Of a stretch of 51,561 nucleotides of DNA, positions 46,293 through 51,561 are shown piece by piece. The position numbers and the translations under genes are program-made. Numbering within the stretch: the first letter of the stretch is position 1; every line of letters starts with the position of its first letter. The notes under the pieces are model-generated. The model did no database searches, was not told where the DNA came from, and saw only the letters and a program-made list of their open reading frames with translations. This DNA comes from a virus. Taxonomy: Duplodnaviria; Caudoviricetes. The stretch lies in the IMG/VR virus record IMGVR_UViG_3300037245_001095, positions 1-51,561 of that record. One strand, written 5' to 3'.

Positions 46293-47439
46293 AGAAGAGA
46301 AAATTGTATTAACAATTAGTAGTGAGTATCTGGGGCACTGGACAGTTTATGATGCTTTAAGAGAGCTGTATCAGAATGCTTTTGATAGGGCTAATGAAGA
46401 TAAAGATGCAAAATGGTATCATCAATTTGATAGAGAATCATCAAGGTCTAAAAAGATGTCGTGGACTATTGGAAATGTAGAAACGACACTTGAACGCAGG
46501 ACACTGGTTCTGGGTGAAACATCAAAGAGAGATGTATCATCTGCAATTGGTAAGTTTGGTGAAGGTTACAAGTTGGCAATACTTGTACTGGTAAGAAATA
46601 ATATTGATGTGCATATTGTAACACAAAAAGAAGTATGGGCATTTAGTCTTGAGTATAATGAACAATTCAAAACTAAAATGTTGACTGTAATAATCACACC
46701 AAATGAATTCAGCAGGGCAAATGATATTGAGTTCAGATTAACAAATGTACCAGTTGGTATCTATAATGGCTATACACAACGTAATTTAAAGTTGCAGAAA
46801 AGTTTAAAATATCAAGAGACTGAGCAATGTCAAGTATTACTTGATAAAAGAAACTGTGGTAAGATATTTGTTGGTAGCTTATTTGTTTGTGATTATCCTG
46901 GTACAGCAACTTATGGCTATAATTTTAGACCTAATGTTTTCCAACTTGGTAGAGATCGTAATATTGTTGATGGCTTTCATGCAAATTATGCAGCATCAGC
47001 TGCAGTTATAAATGCAGCAGTTGATAATGTTGAGATACAGACTAAGATACTTGATAATCTTGATAAAGATGATACTAAATATATTGCGAATTATTCTGCA
47101 GCAGTTGATGCACTTGGTAAAGTATTATGGGAACAGTTCATTGGAACCAATCCTAATAGTATTCCATACTATTACAATCATAAACAAGATGAACTCAAAA
47201 GAAAGTATGTTGGTATACGTACTGTATATATTGAAGAAAGAGTATATGACATTTTGATAAAAACTAAAATGTACAAAGAAGCATTGGCTACTCATGAGCA
47301 AAAAGATCCTCCACCAAGACCTGAGACTGTGGTTAATGAATTTTATGATACTCATTATAAAGAGATGCCTGATAAAGTAAGAGAGGCATACACAAAAGAT
47401 ATCATGCTACCTGCAATGAATTGGCAATTGGAGGATTGA
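46282..47439 (+). CDS. GHKL-type ATPase domain protein (MPN635-N-like)
   Basis: ALRELYQNAFD, LGETSK and IGKFGEGYK boxes. Confidence 0.8.
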   Translation: MESKEEKIVLTISSEYLGHWTVYDALRELYQNAFDRANEDKDAKWYHQFDRESSRSKKMSWTIGNVETTLERRTLVLGETSKRDVSSAIGKFGEGYKLAILVLVRNNIDVHIVTQKEVWAFSLEYNEQFKTKMLTVIITPNEFSRANDIEFRLTNVPVGIYNGYTQRNLKLQKSLKYQETEQCQVLLDKRNCGKIFVGSLFVCDYPGTATYGYNFRPNVFQLGRDRNIVDGFHANYAASAAVINAAVDNVEIQTKILDNLDKDDTKYIANYSAAVDALGKVLWEQFIGTNPNSIPYYYNHKQDELKRKYVGIRTVYIEERVYDILIKTKMYKEALATHEQKDPPPRPETVVNEFYDTHYKEMPDKVREAYTKDIMLPAMNWQLED

Positions 47440-47525
47440 TGTTTATATTTTGGTTCGTATTAATTGGTCTTGGCCTATCATTATTGATAGGCATAAGAGC
47501 ACATAATAAAGATAAAGAGGAGTGA
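47439..47525 (+). CDS. 28-aa membrane peptide (not in the ORF track)
   Basis: GGAGG RBS, TGATG overlap; MFIFWFVLIGLGLSLLIGIRAHNKDKEE. Confidence 0.5.
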   Translation: MFIFWFVLIGLGLSLLIGIRAHNKDKEE

Positions 47526-49183
47526 AGATGGATTTTAAAACAAAACCATATGCACATCAATTAGAGGCTTTTGAGAAGTTCAAAGATAAAGAGTTCTTTG
47601 CTCTGTTCATGGATATGGGCACGGGGAAAACAAAAGTTGCTATTGATATTGCAGCACATAAGTATGAGAAAGGTGAGATAGATGCAATGTTAATAATTGC
47701 ACCTAATCATGTGCATACACAATGGATTACTGAACAGTTCATTCTACATTGTCCCGTGCCATACAAGGCTTTTATATGGAAATCAAGTAAACGTGGCACA
47801 CATGGTTATCAATATCAGATGGATAACTTTCTCACGCCAAAGATAGATAAATTAAAAGTCTTTACAGTGAATGTAGAAGCCTTTCAATCAGATACTATAA
47901 TACCAACTATAAGAACTTATGTTAAGCATAATAAAGTATTTACAGTAGTTGATGAATCAACAAGGATTAAGAATCCAAAAGCAAAGAGAACCAAAACGAT
48001 TCATAAACTTGAGAAGTATGGCCAACGTTGTATATTAACAGGGACACCAGCAACAAAATCTCCATTTGGTTTGTGGTCAATGTTTGAGTTCTTAAAAAAA
48101 GGATTTTTTGAATGTAATTATTTCATCTTTCAGGCCCGTCATGGTGTCATGATGAACGGTATCAATCAAAGGACCGGAGGACGATACAGAACCCTTATAG
48201 ATGAAAAGACATGGCATATTGTATTATCACAATTGAAAGAGATACAAGAAATAAGAAATGGTCCTTTAATGTCTGATGACTACTTGGCAGTTGCAGAAGG
48301 AATGGGAGTCTCTGAAAAGAATGTGAGGTTTATTGAGTATCAAAAAGAATTTAAAAAATATAAACGTCTTGATGAAATAAAAGAGAAGATCAGTGCAGTC
48401 ACATTCTATGCTCGTAAAGAAGATTGTCTTGATTTACCAGATAAAGTCTATCAACCAACTTTTGTTGAAATGCATAAAGATCATAGAAAGATTTATAATA
48501 ATTTAAAGAAAACTATGCTCGCTGAATATGCTGGTGAAGAATTGACTGTAACAAACAAGGCTGCATTAACTACAAGACTAATGCAAGTTTGTGGTGGATA
48601 CTTTCCATATACTGAAGAAGTTGATGTAAGTATTGGCGATCAAGTTCGGACCGTAGTAAAGGTCAAGGCAAAGCAGATTGGTTTAAAGAATCAGAAAATT
48701 GAGCGTATAAAAGAAGAGCTTGAAGAATTGAGCTCATTTCCAGTAATTATATGGGCAAGATTTGTTGTTGAATTACAAGCAATATATGCTGCATTGAAGA
48801 AGGATTATAAATGCTGTTTATATTATGGTAAGACTCCAGCACATGAAAGAGCTGATATCATTGAAGATTTTAAAGCTGGTGATTATGATATCTTTATTGG
48901 TAATCCTGCAGTAGCCGGTTTTGGTTTGAATCTACAAAATGCAACAACTCAATTATTTTATTCTAATAGTTATGATGTTGAAGCAAGATTACAAGCTGAA
49001 GATCGATCACATAGACTTGGTGTAAAAGATACTTGTTTATATAAGGATTTTGCATATAAGAATACAATTGATGAAAGAATAGCACGAGCTATTCTGAGTG
49101 GTAAAGCAATGAATGACTTCTTTAGACAGCCATTAGAAGCATTGCTTGATGATGAAGAAAAGGAGGTTAAAGATAATGGATAA
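47522..49183 (+). CDS. SNF2-family (SF2) helicase
   Basis: MDMGTGKT, VDEST.IKN, LTGTP, GLNLQ, QAEDRSHRLG. Confidence 0.93.
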   Translation: MKMDFKTKPYAHQLEAFEKFKDKEFFALFMDMGTGKTKVAIDIAAHKYEKGEIDAMLIIAPNHVHTQWITEQFILHCPVPYKAFIWKSSKRGTHGYQYQMDNFLTPKIDKLKVFTVNVEAFQSDTIIPTIRTYVKHNKVFTVVDESTRIKNPKAKRTKTIHKLEKYGQRCILTGTPATKSPFGLWSMFEFLKKGFFECNYFIFQARHGVMMNGINQRTGGRYRTLIDEKTWHIVLSQLKEIQEIRNGPLMSDDYLAVAEGMGVSEKNVRFIEYQKEFKKYKRLDEIKEKISAVTFYARKEDCLDLPDKVYQPTFVEMHKDHRKIYNNLKKTMLAEYAGEELTVTNKAALTTRLMQVCGGYFPYTEEVDVSIGDQVRTVVKVKAKQIGLKNQKIERIKEELEELSSFPVIIWARFVVELQAIYAALKKDYKCCLYYGKTPAHERADIIEDFKAGDYDIFIGNPAVAGFGLNLQNATTQLFYSNSYDVEARLQAEDRSHRLGVKDTCLYKDFAYKNTIDERIARAILSGKAMNDFFRQPLEALLDDEEKEVKDNG

Positions 49184-49460
49184 GTTAATTGTGACAAGAC
49201 ATACTGCACTTGTGGCTTATTTAATTGAAAAAGGTTATGTAGATAAAGACACTCCACATATTGCACATGCAGATGTTGAGGATGTAAAAGGTAAGCATGT
49301 CTATGGAATCTTACCAAATTGGTTGGCATGTCATGCTGACAAATTTACAGAGGTACAATTAAGATTGCCAGTTGATAAAAGGGGTGCTGAACTATCATTA
49401 AAAGATGTAAAATTTTATATTGTAGAACCAAAAACATATACCATAAGGAGAGTAATATGA
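49176..49460 (+). CDS. csx16: Csx16-like protein (candidate cyclic oligoadenylate ring nuclease)
   Basis: VTRHxAL...H...HVYGILPxWLA...LPxxxRGxELS matches the Csx16 pattern (SRHxGA...VxGxLPxxLA...LPxxxRGxELS); AAGGAGG RBS. Confidence 0.8.
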   Translation: MDKLIVTRHTALVAYLIEKGYVDKDTPHIAHADVEDVKGKHVYGILPNWLACHADKFTEVQLRLPVDKRGAELSLKDVKFYIVEPKTYTIRRVI

Positions 49461-50017
49461 GTATAGAAAAAGTAGAAGTTCCTGCATTTCTGTTAGACAC
49501 AAATGATGCTGGTGTTGATGAAAATGATATGCAGAATCTTGATGATCTGATTCGTCAATATGATTCAGCAGCTGAAAAAGTTGAGAAGGCTGAACAGATA
49601 TTGAAACTTTATAAAAAAGATTTCAATGAATTGTCTTTGACCCTGATACCACAGTTCTTATTATCGCATGGCATAAGCAAAATGTCATTAGTTGATGGTC
49701 GAGAAGTCACAATTAAAGAAGATATTTCTGCAACTGTGTCTGATGAACCAGCTTTTAGAAAATGGTTAAGAGACCGAAAAGAAGAGGCTATCATCAAAGT
49801 TAAATATATCTTTGGCCAAATGAAAGATAATGAAATGACAAAATTGACTGATTTCTTATTTACTGGTGATTATGAATTTGAAATTGATGAAAGTATCCAT
49901 GCACAAACCAAAAAGAAATATTTCAAAGGTCTGATCGCAGAAATTGGCCGAGATAATTTACCAGAGTTTGTGGGTATTTATGATATTCGCAAAACTATTA
50001 TCAAAATTAAAAAATAA
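49457..50017 (+). CDS. conserved phage replication-module protein
   Basis: Coiled coil, then IPQFL..GI...WLR...IIK...IHAQT pattern. Confidence 0.7.
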   Translation: MSIEKVEVPAFLLDTNDAGVDENDMQNLDDLIRQYDSAAEKVEKAEQILKLYKKDFNELSLTLIPQFLLSHGISKMSLVDGREVTIKEDISATVSDEPAFRKWLRDRKEEAIIKVKYIFGQMKDNEMTKLTDFLFTGDYEFEIDESIHAQTKKKYFKGLIAEIGRDNLPEFVGIYDIRKTIIKIKK

Positions 50018-50079
50018 AATCAGTTGTTAACTGATTCATAATTTTATAAAGCGAGCAAGATTCGCAAAGGAGCCGCAAG

Positions 50080-50814
50080 ATGGCTGAAGCAAAAAAAGAG
50101 CAGATGGATTTTATTGAGGAGGGCATAGATAAGCTTGAAGGATTTGAAGATGTAAATGCCAAAACAATGGCAATTCCATTTATTAAATTGGCACAAGACC
50201 TTACCAATGAAACAAAGAAACAAAAAGATGTATATATTGAAGGTCTTGAAACAGGAATGTTTTTCAATGCAGGTACTCAGGAAATACTTGGTGATAATTT
50301 TGATATGATTATCCTTAAGTTTGAAAGAGTATATATTGAATGGAAGCCAGACCGGGGTGGTTTTGTATCTTATCATACACCAGAGAATGCAGAAAGACTC
50401 GCAACAAATAAATTAAAATTTGGTCACTGGAAAAATGATGTTGGTAATGAGTTTAATGAATATTACACTTATTATGGCCTAATGGCTGGCAGAGAGGAAG
50501 AAGGTTTAATTATTTTTTCAATGGCCTCAACAAATATTAAGACTGCAAAAGTCTTAAACAAAGTTATGACAACACACAAAATGCCTAATGGTAAAATTGC
50601 ATTACCATATTATCTGATATGGAATGTCAAAACTGCGAATGCCGAAAAGAATGGTCAAGATTGGTTTGCCCCAAAGTTTAGGTTCAAGGACTATATCAAT
50701 GAGCAGCAGTATAACATTATTATCGGTGAACGCAAAGCATTACCAGATAAGCGTGTAGATTATGCTCTTCTTGAAGATCGCACTGAATCACAATATAGTG
50801 ATGATGATCTTTAA
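50080..50814 (+). CDS. putative phage-type ssDNA-binding/annealing protein
   Basis: GFED...MAIPFIKLAQ...YIEWKP..GGFV motif, acidic C-tip; lies between helicase and nuclease genes. Confidence 0.6.
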   Translation: MAEAKKEQMDFIEEGIDKLEGFEDVNAKTMAIPFIKLAQDLTNETKKQKDVYIEGLETGMFFNAGTQEILGDNFDMIILKFERVYIEWKPDRGGFVSYHTPENAERLATNKLKFGHWKNDVGNEFNEYYTYYGLMAGREEEGLIIFSMASTNIKTAKVLNKVMTTHKMPNGKIALPYYLIWNVKTANAEKNGQDWFAPKFRFKDYINEQQYNIIIGERKALPDKRVDYALLEDRTESQYSDDDL

Positions 50815-50824
50815 TTAACAAACC

Positions 50825-50848
50825 TTCCGGTGTATAGGTAAACCGGAA
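50825..50848 (+). terminator. hairpin after the ssDNA-binding-like gene
   Basis: TTCCGGT-N10-ACCGGAA; weak U tract. Confidence 0.4.
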
Positions 50849-50869
50849 ATCTTATACATGGAGAAAATA

Positions 50870-51136
50870 ATGGCAAGAAGACATGGCAAAGATGATGAAG
50901 ACATAGGTAACACACCACAGGAACCTAAGTCTGTAGAAGAACGAGTATATCATGTATACTGTAAAGATGCTAAAGGTTGCTATGGAAGTGTTAAAGCAAA
51001 AAGCTTTCCATTAGCATGTAAAAAATTATTCACTGTCAATCCTGCTTTTAATGCTTCAGTTTTAACCTTAAGTGGTAATATATTGTACGATGGTGAATCA
51101 CCAAAATTAAAAAAGATGAACAAGAAAAAGGAGTAA
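50870..51136 (+). CDS. hypothetical protein
   Basis: GGAG RBS before ATG 50870 (track start 50858). Confidence 0.6.
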   Translation: MARRHGKDDEDIGNTPQEPKSVEERVYHVYCKDAKGCYGSVKAKSFPLACKKLFTVNPAFNASVLTLSGNILYDGESPKLKKMNKKKE

Positions 51137-51139
51137 TAT

Positions 51140-51561
51140 ATGGCATTGTTAATGACACCAACACTATGGCAGTCAATTGATTGGTTACAGAACTGTCCTC
51201 CGAATTGGAAGACAGATGCCAAGAAATCTTTAATGAACACTCTCTTGAGAAAGTGGGACCCGACCCCTGCCATTGAGCGTGGGATAAAGTTCGAGAAGCA
51301 ATTATGTCATGGCAAGAATCCACTTGACGAAATTGCACCTGACTTGCAGGATAAGTTCAAGACTGCTTATACCTTGATCCATGGCCCGGGTCATAGTTTC
51401 CAAGAGAAAGCAAAGAAATTTGTAATGGCTAAATCTGGTAAGCAGATGAAAGAGTTTCTTTTATACGGCAAGATGGACGTTGCATTTATTGATGTTCCTG
51501 ATGTTAAAGACCTTATCATTGATATTAAAACTACTGGCAATTATAGAGGTATGGATTCATA
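51140..51561 (+). CDS. PD-(D/E)XK exonuclease-like protein, N-terminal part (runs off the window)
   Basis: AAGGAG RBS; AIERGIKFE...LYGKMDVA...IIDIKTTG; no stop before the end. Confidence 0.8.
   Translation, partial: MALLMTPTLWQSIDWLQNCPPNWKTDAKKSLMNTLLRKWDPTPAIERGIKFEKQLCHGKNPLDEIAPDLQDKFKTAYTLIHGPGHSFQEKAKKFVMAKSGKQMKEFLLYGKMDVAFIDVPDVKDLIIDIKTTGNYRGMDS

Noticed and set aside
1-51561. Alternative genetic code
   Set aside because: Standard code gives full-length, tightly packed genes, and TAA, TGA and TAG all serve as stops.

Overview
This window is an almost complete, circularly permuted genome of a low-GC tailed dsDNA phage (siphovirus-like), about 51.6 kb. A PD-(D/E)XK nuclease gene is split across the two window ends. 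The + strand carries the early/accessory genes (30.8-47.5 kb) and replication genes (47.5 kb to the end, then 1-8.5 kb): SNF2 helicase, AEP primase, UvrD helicase, dNMP kinase, ThyX, MazG-like protein, family A DNA polymerase, SSB and a resolvase-like nuclease. The - strand carries one late operon (29.7 kb down to 8.6 kb): terminase, portal, protease/scaffold, capsid, neck, tail tube, tape measure, tail tip/fibre and lysis genes. I recognise no integrase, repressor, reverse transcriptase or CRISPR array. A spirochaete host is inferred from a DUF261-like protein and lipoprotein signals, but is not proven. The most unusual features are: (1) an early protein built from reshuffled DNA polymerase A motifs fused to a Lar-type zinc finger; (2) a ~1.7 kb island where C occurs almost only as TC and G almost only as GA, so that three genes encode no Ala/Thr/Cys/Trp; (3) two tRNA-shaped RNAs lacking a normal anticodon arm; (4) a phage-borne Csx16-like candidate ring nuclease; (5) a fully nested dual-frame spanin-like gene pair; and (6) a dispersed element with two palindromic boxes exactly 68 bp apart. 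All functional calls come from motif recognition by eye; no searches were run.
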